Part shown: positions 38,553 through 54,185 of the stretch, piece after piece
Layout of the letters: each line of letters begins with the position of its first letter
Position numbering within the stretch: position 1 is the first letter of the stretch
Assembly: GCA_964016885.1 (NCBI GenBank)
Contig: OZ024765.1
Location: 23,436,001-23,500,000 of the forward strand
Direction of reading: 5' to 3'
Source of the DNA: Eledone cirrhosa
Taxonomy: Eukaryota
Length of the DNA: 64,000 bases
Notes under the pieces: generated by a model
Told to the model about the DNA's origin: nothing
The model's database searches: none
Seen by the model: only the letters and a program-made list of their open reading frames with translations
Translations under genes and position numbers: made by a program

Positions 38553-41500
38553 ATGATGGCTCCTCTCGTTATCGAGTATGGCCACTGCACGAGGAGAAAA
38601 AATATATATGTATTAATAAATAAATAAAAAATAAAATAAAAATAAAAAAATATATATATATATATACACACATACATATACATATATACACACATATATA
38701 TATACATACACACAACAACAACAACAACACAGCAGCAACAACAACAGCAGCAGCAACAAGAACAGCAGCAGCAACAACAACAATATACATATATATATAT
38801 ATATATACACACACACACGCACACACATAAACATATCTATACACAGACACAATAGCAACTAACAGCGCTGCGATTGAATGTGGCTTTTTAGCCCAGCCAA
38901 TGATCTAAAATGTCTTGCACAGAGTCGGCAACCAAAACATTCACTGGGAATAGTCGGCTGTGGTTGGATTTCATGTACTTTTGCATGTCGCTTGAGCCCT
39001 CCTGTTGATTTACATTCTCTACCACATGTTTGGCAGGCATGATGAGTAGCATCTCCAACAGCAGCCTGGTAGTCAACCACTGGTCTCACTTTATGACTGC
39101 GAAGATGACTTTCGAGTCCAGCTTTGCTTAGGCAGAGTCTCGCACAGACGCTGCATGTCAGCACCATAGGGGGACCCTCTCCGTCTGGAAGTGCAACAGC
39201 AATGCCCTTCCTCACATCCCTCTTTACTTTCTCGTGCGCGATTCGAGATGCCTCAAAGGCAACTTTTCCCTCATATAGTCTTTCCCCATTTATTACGATC
39301 AGCAGCAATATTTTCCCATGTATCAGCAGAGATGTTAGCGTCTTTCAAGGAATCCTTATACCTCTTTTTTGGTTTATGTGGCGGTCGTTTTCCTTTAACC
39401 AACTCTCCATAAAAGAGTTGTTTTGGTATTCTAGAATCCTTCATCCTGGCAAGGTGACCACTCCAACGGAGTCGTTGCTTAAGCACAAGAGCTTCTATAC
39501 TGTCACACATAGAGCTTTCCAAAATCTCGACATCACTGATGTGGTCCCTCCAGTGAACGCCATGGATCCGTCTGAGACACATCTGATGGAAACGCTCCAA
39601 TTGCTTAAGGTGGTGTCGATATGTGACCCAGGTCTCGCAGGCATAAAGAAGACAAGAGAGTACACATGCCCTGTACACCTTTACCTTTGTCCTCCTGCAT
39701 ATGTCTCGCCGACCCCAGAATCGCCTTTCTAGCTTTCCGAAAGCATCTCTTGCTTTCCTAATCCTAAGTGAGATTTCACTGTCAAGGTTGCCGTATCGAT
39801 TGACAGTGCTTCCCAGGTAGACAAACTGATCAACCACTCCAAGTCGTTTACCATACACATAGATATTTGGTTCAGTGTACTGCTAACCAGGGGCAGGTTG
39901 GTACATGACGACGGTTTTCTTGAGACTGACAGTCAATCCTAGGGCAGTGCAAGCGTCAGAAAATGCATTCAAAATGTGCTGCATATCACTCTCTGTGTGC
40001 GCTACAAGATGGCAATCATCTACATACAAGAGGTCTCTTATGATTGATGTAAATACTTTTGTCTTTGCAGCAAAGCACCTGATGTTAAATATGCTGCCTG
40101 AGGTTCGATATCGGATGTAAACACCATGCTCACAATTCCTGAATGCAATACAGAAAACCATTGCAAAGTATATGGCAAACAGGGTTGGTGCTGGAATATC
40201 CCTCTGTTTCACTCCATTTTTTACTGAGATAGGCTCCGACATGTTACCTCCGACATTAACCCAGGCCTTCGTGTCGTCATGGAAAGACCTAACTAAAGCA
40301 AGGAACTTATCAGGGCAACCAAGTTTCTGGAGAACCTTCCATAATGCATCTCTGTTGACAGTATCGAAAGCTTTTGTCAGATCGACAAAAACCTGATACA
40401 GATCCAAACCTTGTTCCATGCACTTCTCCTGGAGCTGTCTAGCTGAGAAGATCATATCAGTAGTGCCGCGTCCAGCACGAAAACCAGATTGACTTTCAGG
40501 AAGAACACAATCTGCAATGTGTGTCAGCAGACGGTCCAGAAGCACCCTACATAAAACTTTCCCTACGACATAAAGCAATGTTCCCACAATCATTCCTGTT
40601 ACCCTATGCCTTGTACAAGACCACCATTACTGCATCTCTCCAATCCTCAGGTACGGATTCATTAGCCCATATCCTGCCAAACAAAGAGTGAAGATGTTGC
40701 AGGAGTCTCTCACCACCATATTGTAGGAGCTCAGCATGTATGCCATCCATACCTGGAGACCTTCCACTGTTCAGCTTCGAGATAGCCACTGCAACCTCCA
40801 CAAGCGTCGGAGGTTCTGCGAGAGCTACTTTCACAGGACTTTCTGGAATGAGATTGAGGAAATCTTCACTGACGACAGACGGCTGATTCAAAAGATCATC
40901 AAAGTGCTCTCGCCACCTTCATAGAATTCCTTGTGAGTCACAAAGAAGTTCTTTGCCATCGTTGCTGCGAAGCGGTGTCACCAGAGAAGACGGTCCATAA
41001 ACCCCATGCAAGAGACTGTACAACAGCTTTGTGTTATTGGAATCTGACGCAGTTTGTATCTCACCAGCCTTCTCACTCCACCACTGATCCTTCATCTGAG
41101 AAAGACTCCGCCTAACACGTGATTTTACATCCCTGAGCTCCTCATGCAACGTATTCCTCTCCTGTGGTTTTGCCGTCAAGTAGCGTGACAGAGCACGCCT
41201 CTTATCAGCCAACAAGTCTTCTATAAGTACATCATTCTCATTAAACCAGTCCTGATGTTTTCTCTGCACCAATCCCAGAACACGCCTGCCTACATCATAA
41301 ACCGACTTTTTAAGGGTCGGCCAATCCTCACCAAGATCTGCAGCCTGCATCTCTTCTTCCAATGTCCTCTTCACATTTTTATCCTTAAGACGAGCAGCAT
41401 TCAATCTTTTGGGCAGGGCAACACCAGGAGCCCGGATTTTACGTTTAGTGATTAGTTTCACTTTTGCGCGTACCAGGCGGTGGTCCGTCCAGTACTCAGC

Positions 41501-42380
41501 TCCACGAAGAGCACGAACACACTGCACATCCTGTCTGTCACGCATACTGACTAGGATGTAGTTCAAAAGATGCCATTCCTTAGATACAGGATGCATCCAT
41601 GTGGTCTTGAATTTGTTCTTTTGTTGGAACATGGTGTTGGTAACACACAGATCCAGCTCCTCACACATCTGCAGCAGGAGCATACCATTGTTGTTACACT
41701 TTCCCACCCCATGCCTTCCGATTACATTCCATGTGTTAAAATCCCTACCCACTCTAGCATTAAAGACACCAAGCACGATGACTTTGTCTGCCTGAGGGAT
41801 ATTTCTTAAAACACCTTTCAAGGCATGGTAAAAGGACACTTTTTCTTCATCGACAGAATTCCTAGTTGGAGTATACACACTCACCAGGGTCGCATATCTT
41901 CCTTTGTCCAGCGGAATTCTCATGGACATAAGACGCTCACTAATCCCTACTAGGAATTCTTCTAATTTATTCACAAGAACAGTCTTAACAGCAAATCCTA
42001 CCCCAGCCTCTCTTCTGGTTCCTTCATCTCTTCCTTTCCAGAAGAATGTATATTCTCCACAAAATTCTGTAAGATGACCATCTCCAGCTAACCTCGTCTC
42101 AGATAAAGCCACGATGTCAAGATGGTAACGTCGAAGCTCCTTTGCAACAAGAGCGGTCCTTCGTTCAGGACGCTCCAAGGAATCCCTGTCAAGCAGCGTC
42201 CGTACGTTCCAGCAGCCAAGACTAAATGCCTTGGTTGGCTCTATTACAATGGCACGATGAAGAGCGGGCCCAGGCTGTGATAACCTGGGGCCCCTGCCCT
42301 TATTGCCAATTATCTTTTTTGTTCCAGAACCTAAATTGCCAATTATCTCTTTTATATTGTTCTGGAACATCATTGAATTG
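38553..42380 (-). mobile_element. Near full-length RTE LINE with three C-terminal C2H2-like fingers, microsatellite-rich 3' UTR and (AT)n tail
   Basis: APE (LGCWNVRTLLD..ERRTALVA..ALSETR), RT (ESQSGFR..FVDLTKAFDTV..LLYVDD), RLRWSGHL..PKQLFYGEL, three fingers, 3' end gtggccatactcgataacgagaggagccatc; frameshifted. Confidence 0.93.
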
Positions 42381-42404
42381 GAAAAAGAAAAAAAAAAAAA
42401 AAGA

Positions 42405-45400
42405 GTAATAATAATAGTAACAATAATAATAATAATGATTTCATTTATTGGCCACTAGGGCCGACATATAGGGGACAATACAAAAGACTGGGACAGTGGG
42501 GTTTTACAGAAAAATCGAGTAAACAATATGAATAACAATAACAAAGTAACAATAACATTACAACAAGAAAGAATTCCCAAATAGGGGGGGATGACCACCT
42601 AGGGTTCGCTCAGGTACCCCACCAGTCCTGAACGACCCGACGCTTCGAGAGCACCCTGGAAGGGCACCCCTCTACTCTTCAAATTTACCTACCTACAGTC
42701 ACATGACCAGAGTAGGCCCACTAACACGGGCCATTCTCGCCACATTCACCCACCTTTCAGCAAATGTACTGGGGGGCAGCACTTCTCTCTCCACCCTCAC
42801 CTTCCTTTCCAAGTGAAACTTGAAAAAGTTCATGAGGGATTGGCCGAAGAGAAAAGTGTCTGTCTTCAGTCCTTTCCACCTCGTCCACCATATAACCTCT
42901 TTCGCTACTGCCACCAGAAAGAGGAAAATTGCCTGCCCTTCCTGACCAAAAGAAGGCGGCGGGTCGATCTTCACTATGGACTCGGCCGATAGCCGGATCC
43001 GTTCTATACGCGACAACAGCTGTTCAACATAACTCCACAAGTCAGCAATGCACGGACACAGGACGAGTGCGTGCAGAACGGTTTCGTCGCTCTGCGCGCA
43101 TCTCGGGCAGGTCTGTCTGACAGCACTTCTGTGCCTGTAGAGTTTATCTCGAACCGGCAGTGCCCCCCGGTAGCACTGCCAAGCGAGGGATTTTGGGAAA
43201 TTATCCATCGTCCCCGGCTCGAAAGTCCTCCGGTACAGACTGGTTAGTTTGACTTCGTTGACTCCCAGAGCCTCTCCGAGTGCGTCGGCGCACTTGCCCA
43301 CCACTAATCCTCTATAGAACTCGAGAGTAGAAGTGCCACTGACTGCATTGCCCGCCTGGTAGAGGGCAGTGAGTGCCTGGCAACATTCCAGATGCCAGTC
43401 ACCCACTCTCGGTCTCTTCTTGACCCAGGACTGCAACTCAGTCAAAGAAACGAGCTGCGGAAAGGCCCATCTGACAAACGGCGACCACACCTGTTCACCG
43501 TTTTGGCAGAATATCTGGAGATGCCACAGCCTCAGCGCGTGCCTGCGCATCATTAGCCACGGCATGCCCAGCCCTCCACGTAGAGGGTGCTGGCAGCAGA
43601 TGGACCGCCTCACCAGCGGAACTTGACCCCTCCACAAGAATTTGAAGAGGAGCCACTCCAAGATGGCGAGGCGCGAACGGGGGCAAGGGACGACAGTCAG
43701 ACGGTAGTAGATGACGGACGTGATGTATGCGTTCGCCACCTCCACCCGACCTTTCAGTGATAGCTTCATCCCAGCCCATTTCTGGGTGAGATTGAGTACC
43801 CTGCCCGTCACCTCGTCCCAATTCTTATCCACCTGGAGGTCTGGCCCGAACCAAACCCCTAGCAACTTTACCGGTCCGTCTGTCCAGCGCCTAACGATGC
43901 TGTTGGACGGCATGAACTTGCCTGTCCAGGCGCCGAGTTGCAAGCCCACTGACTTTTCCGAGTTAAGTTTTGCTCCCGTTAACCTTTCATATTCTCCAAT
44001 AAGTTGCCGACCACCTCGATTTCTGATGTGTCCGACACCATCACGGTGATGTCGTCCGCATAAGCCGACACAGCCTTTCCGCATCCCGGTTCGAGCGGGA
44101 TGCCCTGCAACAGCTCCAGCTTCCGCAGTAAAGGCTCTAGAGTCAATACGTACAGAAGGGAGGAGAGAGGGCACCCTTGATGGACGGATCGGGAGACCTG
44201 AAATGGTTCCGAGAGGTGGCTATTAATTTTGACCATCGAGCAGGTGCCGCTGTGCATTGCAGCGATCCAGCTTCTGAAGACGGGGCCGAAGCCAGCTGCC
44301 TTGAGGACAGCCTCCAGGTACTGATGGTCGACTCTATCGAATGCTTTCGATTGATCTAAATTGATCAGAGCCCCACCGAAGCCAGGTTTACACCCTACCC
44401 TCTCTATGATGTATCGCATTAGGTGGAAATGTCGTGTATGGATTGCGCAAGTTTGCGCCTCCCCAACCAAATCCCCGACGACAAGCGCCAACCTCTTCGC
44501 TAACACCCTGGCCAAAATCTTAAACTCTGTGTTGAGCTAATGTGTCCCTCTTGTTCTCGTCTTTCCTTATCAGTGTCACTACGCCCCGGGCTCACAGAAC
44601 TAGGAATACTCCCGTTTTGCTGCCAGTTGCAGTCGAGGGCTTCGAGGAGATTGGAGAACAAGTCTGGCATATTTACATAAAGCTCGTAGGACAGACCATC
44701 CAAACCGGGTGACTTGCGCCTCATGCAGCCGACAAGGGCATCCTGAATCTCAGCTGAAGTAATTGGCTTTCGCAGCGCCCAGCGTCAGCCGTCGAGAGTT
44801 GCGGCAAGCCATCGAGGTAGGGACTGAAGTCTGCCACCATCTCTGACCCGCCACTTCCCCCGAACAACCGAGCAAAATGTTGGGCCTCACACATCCTCTT
44901 GGAATCGCTCAGCTCATGCCCGTCTCAGCCCATCAAAGACCGAATCGTGGTTTTATTACCACGCTGCGCCTCTGCCACGCGGGCCCACCGAACAGCTTTG
45001 GTTCCCTCGTTTCTCAGAGCACGCGCCTTAGCTCTGACAATGCAACCTTCGTGTTTCGCATTGAAGAAATGGTCTAATGCCATTCTCGCCGCTAGCACAT
45101 CAGTTGCAATGCCACTACCAATAGCCTCGTCTAACTTATCTACCAACTCCCCCTCCTTTCTATTTTCCTCTAATGCTACTTCTTTGCTAAACTCTATCGA
45201 CGTTACTCTAATCTCTTTTGAGAGCCCCCCACCATCTATTGTTGACGACTCCCCCTGTCAACTTTTTCTTAACTAAATTGTTGACCTGGTCCCTGTAAGC
45301 CTTACGCGCCGGAAATGACATGTTTAGCTTCCACTAACCAGGTCCTAACCTACGCGTCTTATCTAGGTCGACCATACAGATCACAAACTTGTGATCTGAA

Positions 45401-47290
45401 TAGTCGACCGTTTCAAAACGTGGACAGCTTACACTATTTCTGTCTATTTTCCTAATGAATATCCTGCCTATATACGATCTAGATGACCCTATGCGGTTAG
45501 CCCAGGTCCACACTGGCGCATTAGGGAAATCTAGTCAGTACCTGTCAGACAGTTGGAACTGGCTGATCAGGTTCTTGAGGCTTTTGCACCCCCTGCTCTT
45601 ATCGGATACTCCCACGCAGTCCCAGCGTGCGTCTAAGATGCCGTTCCAGTCCCCCGCTAACAGTAAAGGGTGAGACGTACCCAGAAAGGCTTCCAGGCAT
45701 CTAAAGAAGTCCAGCCATCCTGCCCCAGTAGGACCATAGACGGCCACCAGTCTAAAGGCACCACCTTCATTATTGTTCACATCCAGGACCACCAACTTCC
45801 TGTCCGGGTCCCGGAAGATCAACCTTACCTCGAGATCCAGGCCTTTCCTAAACAGCACTGCCACCCCACCTCCCATTCCCGGCCAGCTAACAGATGCAAA
45901 GATCTGATAGTCGTCGAAAATGGGGGCTAGTGCGCGTGTGTCGGAAATCCTGGTCTCGCTGACTGCAATTACATCCATTTCTATAGACCTGAGGTCGTTG
46001 AGCAGGTGACCCTGCTTCCAGGACGATCCCAGGCCTCGAACATTTAAACATCCTACTCTTAATACGGCCATGTTGGCAGGTTAAACAGAGAGAGAGGAAG
46101 GTTTACTTACCTTCCGGGCTCTTGTGAAGGTCGGGTTGTTCGACCTCCAGAGTTAGTGGGGTTTCTTTTGGGAACCCCTTTAAAAGTCTTGAAGTGGGTT
46201 TTACGTTCGGGGTTCCCACATCCCGAGGAAAGCTGTCTCGTATTTCTTGGAATATGTCGAGCGACATTCGCACCAGAACCAAATCTTCTGGCACGCAAAA
46301 TGTGCTCGATTTAAAAATTTCCCCCTCTTTTTGTATATTTTCACTTCGTGCTACTAGGGCCTTCAGTTCCTTGTTGGCCCTCCTGACGAGCACAAAGTTT
46401 TGTATGTTTTGTTGGTGTGATTTTATTTGTTTGCGTGGCTGTGGTGGTGATGGTTTTGGTGGTGTTGCTTCGGTTGTATCTGTGTTTGTTGTGAATGCGG
46501 TGTCTGTGGTTTCAGATGTTTGTGTGTATATTTGTTCTTGCGTCTGTTTAGGTTGTTTGCGTTTGGGGGATTCTGGTGATGGTGGTGTTGATGTTGGTGT
46601 TATTGGAGAGATGTTTGCGTGGGTGGTGTCTGTGTTTTTTTTTTGTGGGTGCTTTTGTGCTTTGTTGAGTTTTTCTTTTTTGTGTTTCCTTTTTTGTATT
46701 TTGGGGGATTTGGGATTTCCCTCATTTTCACTACTGGTAGATGAGGGGTCTGTGTCTGTAAGTGTGTCTGTATGTATGTTTATGGTTTTATTGGTGTTTG
46801 TATTTTGGGGGGGAGGGGGAATTTGTAAGCTTTCCTCGTTTCCCCCCTGGGTGTTCAATGTTGGTGGAGGTCTTTCTATTGGTGTTGTTGTTGGTGGTTT
46901 TGCCAGTGCTGGTGTTGGTAAAATTCATAGAAATTTGGGACTTGACTCCTTCTTCCTCACTTTCTGTTGCTTCACCATTTTGTTTGTTTACACTCGTGTC
47001 CCCTTTATTTACGTGTCCCAACGAATTTTTTTAGCCGTTGCCTCGCACCAAGCGGAGGTATATGGTCTTTAAAGCGATGAAATACCAATGATGGTTGGAA
47101 GATCACTGATGAAGGACTAACTTTTTTCATATATATATACAGTATTTTCCGTAGTGTTGTAATATGAATATTACACACGGTAGATGGACAGCACACGTAG
47201 AGTTTGCTCGACGGTTCCAGTTGTAGTTTCAAAAGTAATCCAGAGAAAATAGAAGGATTTAAATGGATACAGTTCAGTTAAAAGGAATTT
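42405..47290 (-). mobile_element. Near full-length degenerate Tx1/L1-clade LINE (ORF1 about 46103-47230; ORF2 46071-42699)
   Basis: APE MAVLRVGCLNVRGL..VSETR..GDWN, RT KSPGLDG/LDQSKAFDRV/AYADDI, CCHC CPRCAQSDETVLHALVLC, AATAAA and an (ATT)n tail. 5' end approximate. Confidence 0.92.
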
Positions 47291-47315
47291 ATTGACACGT
47301 GTTTCAATAAGTTAC

Positions 47316-47408
<93 letters not shown>

Positions 47409-47454
47409 CATATATATATATACATATATATATATACATATATATATATACATC

Positions 47455-48912
47455 ATCATCAACGTTTAACGTCCGTGTTCCACGCTTGCATGGGTTTGGA
47501 CGGGGGTAGTCCCACTTGAGGCAAGAGTGATTGTCTTGCTCGCATATGACTGTCTGGCAGGTTTTCTACAGTTGGATGCCCTTCCTAACACCAACCACAT
47601 TTACAGTGTGGGTCTGGGAGGTTTTTACCGTGTTGCCTACACGGCCACATTACAGCGTGGACTGTGTGTTTTTTTGTCGTGACACCTACACGATCTCATT
47701 TGTTTCGGCCTGGATGGCGCGGCACCAACATGACTTTACATAGAACGGGGTGGTGTGGATGGGGTGGGGTGGTGGTGGTGGGACGGGGTGTATTTTGTTA
47801 GAGATGCCTACTGGCTGGAGTAGGTTTTACTATATATTTAGGTAAGGCGGGTCTTCTCTGTTACTGAGTACCGCCAAAGGTCTCGGTCCAGTGACATTGT
47901 CTTGGAGAGGTGTAAGTGTGTGATGTCGGAGTTTATCAGCTCGTCCCAGGTTTTTCTAGGTCTGCCTATTCCGTGACTACCGTCTATCTTTATTGCCCTG
48001 CACTTTGTTATACAGCTATCGACTTTCATGCGCATCACGTGTCCATACCAACGTAGCCTTCTCTCGAGTAAACAACATCTGATCCCTCTTATCTCTAATT
48101 TTTTCCTTAGTTCGTTTATGCTTTGCCGTTCACGTATATTACTGTTACACACCGAGCACGACCATTTCCCAGAAGGGACCGCCGCCTTGTTTTCTTTCCT
48201 ACAAACTAGAACTTTGGTCTTAGCCAGGTTAATTTTAAGTCCTTTTGACTCTAGGCCGTGCTTCCATGTTTGGAATTTCTTCTCTAGCTCGGCCATTGAT
48301 TCCGCTATGAGTGTCAGGTCGTCTGCGTATAGGAGTTCCCATGGGCAGCCTGTCTTGAACTCCTCTGTTATAGCCTGAAGGGCAATAATAAATAGTAGGG
48401 GGCTGAGAACAGAGCCCTGATGGACGCCAACTTTTACGCTAAACTCTTCACTATATTCGTTGTTAATTCTAACCTTGCTGACTGTTTCTTTATACATGGC
48501 TTGTATAGCCCTCACAAGCCATTCGTCAACGCCTAGTTTTCTAAGAGACCACCAGATAATGGAGCGGGGGACTCTGTCGAAGGCTTTCTCCAAGTCGACA
48601 AAAGCTAAGTAGAGGGGTTTACCTTTAGCTAGGTACTTCTCCTGTAGTTGTCGTACTATGAAAAGAGCGTCTGTGGTACTTTTGCCTGACACAAACCCAA
48701 ACTGCATTTCATCTAGATCAATTCGTTCTCTGATTAGTTGCGCTATTACTTTTTCCGTGACCTTCATGACCTGGTCGATTAATTTAATACCTCTATAGTT
48801 ACTCCTATCTAGGGCGTCTCCTTTACCCTTATAACAGTTAACGATGATGCTGCTATGCCAGTCCTTCGGAACAACCCCATTCTGTACGACTTGGTTAACT
48901 ATGCGGGTGACC
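47455..48912 (-). mobile_element. RTE LINE (long 3' UTR lineage), 5'-truncated with an in-frame internal deletion
   Basis: ORF 47838-48767 with FVDLEKAFDRV, VHQGSVLSP and LYADDL; 3' UTR ends gacgttaaacgtt(gat)n. Confidence 0.9.
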
Positions 48913-49139
48913 TATGCGGGTGACATATATATATATATACATATATATATATACATATATATACATATATATATATATATATACATATATACATATATAT
49001 ATACATATATACATGTGAAGATAGACATAGAATATTCGAAAATGTTCTGTATGTTTATAATAAACATTTTGAAGACCTAATCGCTATAGAATAGAATACG
49101 TCACGTATTACAATTAGATTCTCGATAAAAGCAAGGGAA

Positions 49140-49182
49140 GTAACCTACGCGTTTCATTCTTATTAGAAATCTTCAGGATTAC
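49140..49182 (-). ncRNA. Minimal type-I hammerhead ribozyme in a roughly 235-bp TA-flanked element (about 49015-49250)
   Basis: Minus: GUAAUC-CUGAAGA-UUUCU aaua AGAAU-GAAA-CGCG-UA^GGUUAC; palindromic ACGCGU stem III, GUA cleavage triplet. Confidence 0.8.
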
Positions 49183-49276
49183 ATATCCAGTGCTTTTATC
49201 GAGAATGACACAGCTAGAGACTTATATTTCAGAGCATTTAATCCAATTACATATATATATATACATATATATATAC

Positions 49277-49307
<31 letters not shown>

Positions 49308-49334
49308 CATATATATACATATATATATATATAC

Positions 49335-49365
<31 letters not shown>

Positions 49366-49399
49366 CATATATATACATATATATATATATATATACATA

Positions 49400-49972
49400 T
49401 GGTGGCTGCCAACTCGTTTTCGAGTACGGCCACTACTTTATATCCATGTAGGAGAACCCCTACCGATGCGCTGAACGAGTGTGACTTTTTAGTCCAGCCA
49501 GCGACTTGAAAACTCTGGTACAAACACTACACTTGTGACAATTATTGACACCTAGTGCTGGGCCCATGGTACCATGTGACGACAAGTGCAGAGAGATCTC
49601 CAGATATAAAGCAATGCCTGTGCCGTGAAGCTTTTATAGTGAGCAAAGGCACTGCACAAAGCCAGTCCCACTCTCTTAACCAAGATGATATTTACCAAAA
49701 AGAAGAACAAGTCAACATCATTGGATACCATCAGGGTTGCAGGTGTTATATCAGAGTTTTCCTTCTCCTAGAATTCTGCCTTGACAAAGGCTAGGGGGTC
49801 ATCTCTCCCGGTGATTTTGGATGGCCATTGACTTTTAAGAGCTCCTTTGCCCTTTGACAGGTTTTGTTTTTAGTCCTACAGGATGTCCAAAGTCACCCTC
49901 CTCACCAAGAAATCTTGGTGGGGTTGCCAGTTTAGTCGCCAACGACCCGACCATGAGACAGGTTGTACTGGC
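49400..49972 (-). mobile_element. Roughly 610-bp RTE-derived element, copy 2 (slightly 5'-truncated)
   Basis: Highly similar to 19847-20457. Confidence 0.8.
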
Positions 49973-50309
49973 ATACATACATACATCCATACAAACATGC
50001 ATACATACGTGCATACATACATACATGCATCCATTCTTACATACATACATGCATACATGCATACATTCATGCATATGTACATGCATCCATACATACATGC
50101 ATACATACATGCATGCACACATTCATGCATATGTACATGCATCCATACATACATGCATACATACATGCATATGTACATGCATCCGTACATACATGCATCC
50201 ATGCATACATACACCTATGCATGCATACATACATACATGCATATGTACATACATGCATGCATACATATATACATGTATGCATACATAGATACATATATAC
50301 ATACATATA

Positions 50310-50362
<53 letters not shown>

Positions 50363-51393
50363 CATACAATTATATATATATATACACATATATACATACA
50401 CACATATATATACATATATATAATATATATACATATGTATGTATACACTTCTACATACATACAATTATATATATACATATATACAATATATATATACATA
50501 CATATATATATATATAATATATATATATATACACAATATATATATATATAATATATATATATACAATATATATATACATACATATATATATATAATATAT
50601 ATATATATATACATACATATATATATATATAATATATATATATATAATATATATATACATACATATATATAATATATATAATATATATATATATAATACA
50701 TATATATATACATACATATATATATAATATATATACATAATATATACAATATATAATATACATATACATACATATATAATATATATATACATACATATAT
50801 ATATAACACATATATACATACATACATATACAATATATATATACATACATATATAATATATATATACATATAATATATATATACATATAATATATATATA
50901 CATACATATATACACAATATACACATACATACATATATATAATATATATATACATACATATATATACAATATATACATACATACATACATATATAATATA
51001 CATATACATACATACATATATAATATATATATACATACATATATATATAATACACACATACATACATATACATATAATATACATATACATACATATATAC
51101 ATAACATACACATACATACATATACATATAATATACATATACATACATATATACATAATATATATATAGATACATATATACACAATATACATATACATAC
51201 ATATATATATAACATACACATACATACATATATATATAACATATATATACATACATATATACACAATATATATATACATACATATATACACAATATATAT
51301 ATACATACATATACACATAACATATATATACATATATATATAATATATATATACATATATATACAATACATATATACATATATATATAATATA

Positions 51394-52011
51394 TGGTGGC
51401 TGCCAACTCGTTTTCGAGTACGGCCACTACTTTATATCCATGTAGGAGAACTCCTACCAATGCGCTGAACGAGTGTGACTTTTTAGTCCAGCCAGCGACT
51501 TGAAAACTCTGGTACAAACACTACACTTGTGACAATTATTGACACATAGTGCTGGGCCCATGGTACCATGTGAGGACAAGTGCAGAGAGATCTCCAGATA
51601 TAAAGCAATGCCTGTGCCGTGAAGCTTTTATAGTGAGCAAAGGCACTGCACAAAGCCAGTCCCACTCTCTTAACCAAGATGATATTTACCAAAAAGAAGA
51701 ACAAGTCAACATCATTGGATACCATCAGGGTTGCAGGTGTTATATCAGAGTTTTCCTTCTCCTAGAATTCTGCCTTGACAAAGGCTAAGGGGTCATCTCT
51801 CCCGGTGATTTTGGATGGCCATTGACTCTTAAGAGCTCCTTAGCCCTTTGACAGGTTTTGTTTTTAGTCCTGCAGGATGTCCAAAATCACCCTCCTCACC
51901 CTCCTCACCAAGAAACCTTGGTGGGGTTGCCAGTTTAGTCGCCAACGACCCGACCATGAGACAGGTTGTACTGGGATACATGTTACCAGTAGCACCAAGT
52001 GGTGACCTGAC
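51394..52011 (-). mobile_element. Roughly 610-bp RTE-derived element, copy 3
   Basis: Highly similar to copies 1 and 2; has a 9-bp duplication ctcctcacc. Confidence 0.8.
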
Positions 52012-52071
52012 ACATATATATATATATATATACATATATATATACATATATACATATATATATATATACAC

Positions 52072-52104
<33 letters not shown>

Positions 52105-52161
52105 CACATATATATATATATACACATATATATATATATACACATATATATATATATACAC

Positions 52162-52196
<35 letters not shown>

Positions 52197-52301
52197 CATA
52201 TATATACATATATATATACATATATATATATACATATATATATACATATATATATATACATATATATATATACATATATATATATACATATATATATATA
52301 C

Positions 52302-52332
<31 letters not shown>

Positions 52333-52343
52333 CATATATATAC

Positions 52344-52374
<31 letters not shown>

Positions 52375-52385
52375 CATATATATAC

Positions 52386-52416
<31 letters not shown>

Positions 52417-52463
52417 CATATATATACATATATATATATATACATATATATACATATATATAC

Positions 52464-52528
<65 letters not shown>

Positions 52529-52571
52529 CATATATATATATACATATATATATATACATATATATATATAC

Positions 52572-52602
<31 letters not shown>

Positions 52603-52647
52603 CATATACATATATACATATATATATATATACATATATATATATAC

Positions 52648-52776
<129 letters not shown>

Positions 52777-52777
52777 C

Positions 52778-52810
<33 letters not shown>

Positions 52811-52823
52811 CATATATATATAC

Positions 52824-52854
<31 letters not shown>

Positions 52855-52869
52855 CATATATATATATAC

Positions 52870-52933
<64 letters not shown>

Positions 52934-52937
52934 ATAC

Positions 52938-53028
<91 letters not shown>

Positions 53029-53040
53029 CATATATATACA

Positions 53041-53076
<36 letters not shown>

Positions 53077-53088
53077 CATATATATACA

Positions 53089-53244
<156 letters not shown>

Positions 53245-53245
53245 C

Positions 53246-53362
<117 letters not shown>

Positions 53363-53363
53363 C

Positions 53364-53692
<329 letters not shown>

Positions 53693-53693
53693 C

Positions 53694-53724
<31 letters not shown>

Positions 53725-53741
53725 CATATATATATATACAC

Positions 53742-53792
<51 letters not shown>

Positions 53793-53839
53793 CACATATA
53801 TATATACATATACATATATATATATACATATATATATAT

Positions 53840-53904
<65 letters not shown>

Positions 53905-54114
53905 CACATATATATATATATATATATACACATATATATATATATATATACATATACACATATATATACACACATATATATATATATATACACATATATA
54001 TATATATATACATATACACATATATATATACATACATATATATATATACATACATATATATATATACATACATACATATATATACATACATACATATATA
54101 TACATACATACATA

Positions 54115-54146
<32 letters not shown>

Positions 54147-54153
54147 CATACAT

Positions 54154-54185
<32 letters not shown>

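Noticed and set aside
46194-47072. 292-aa plus-strand ORF
   Set aside because: Antisense shadow of the low-complexity Tx1 ORF1.
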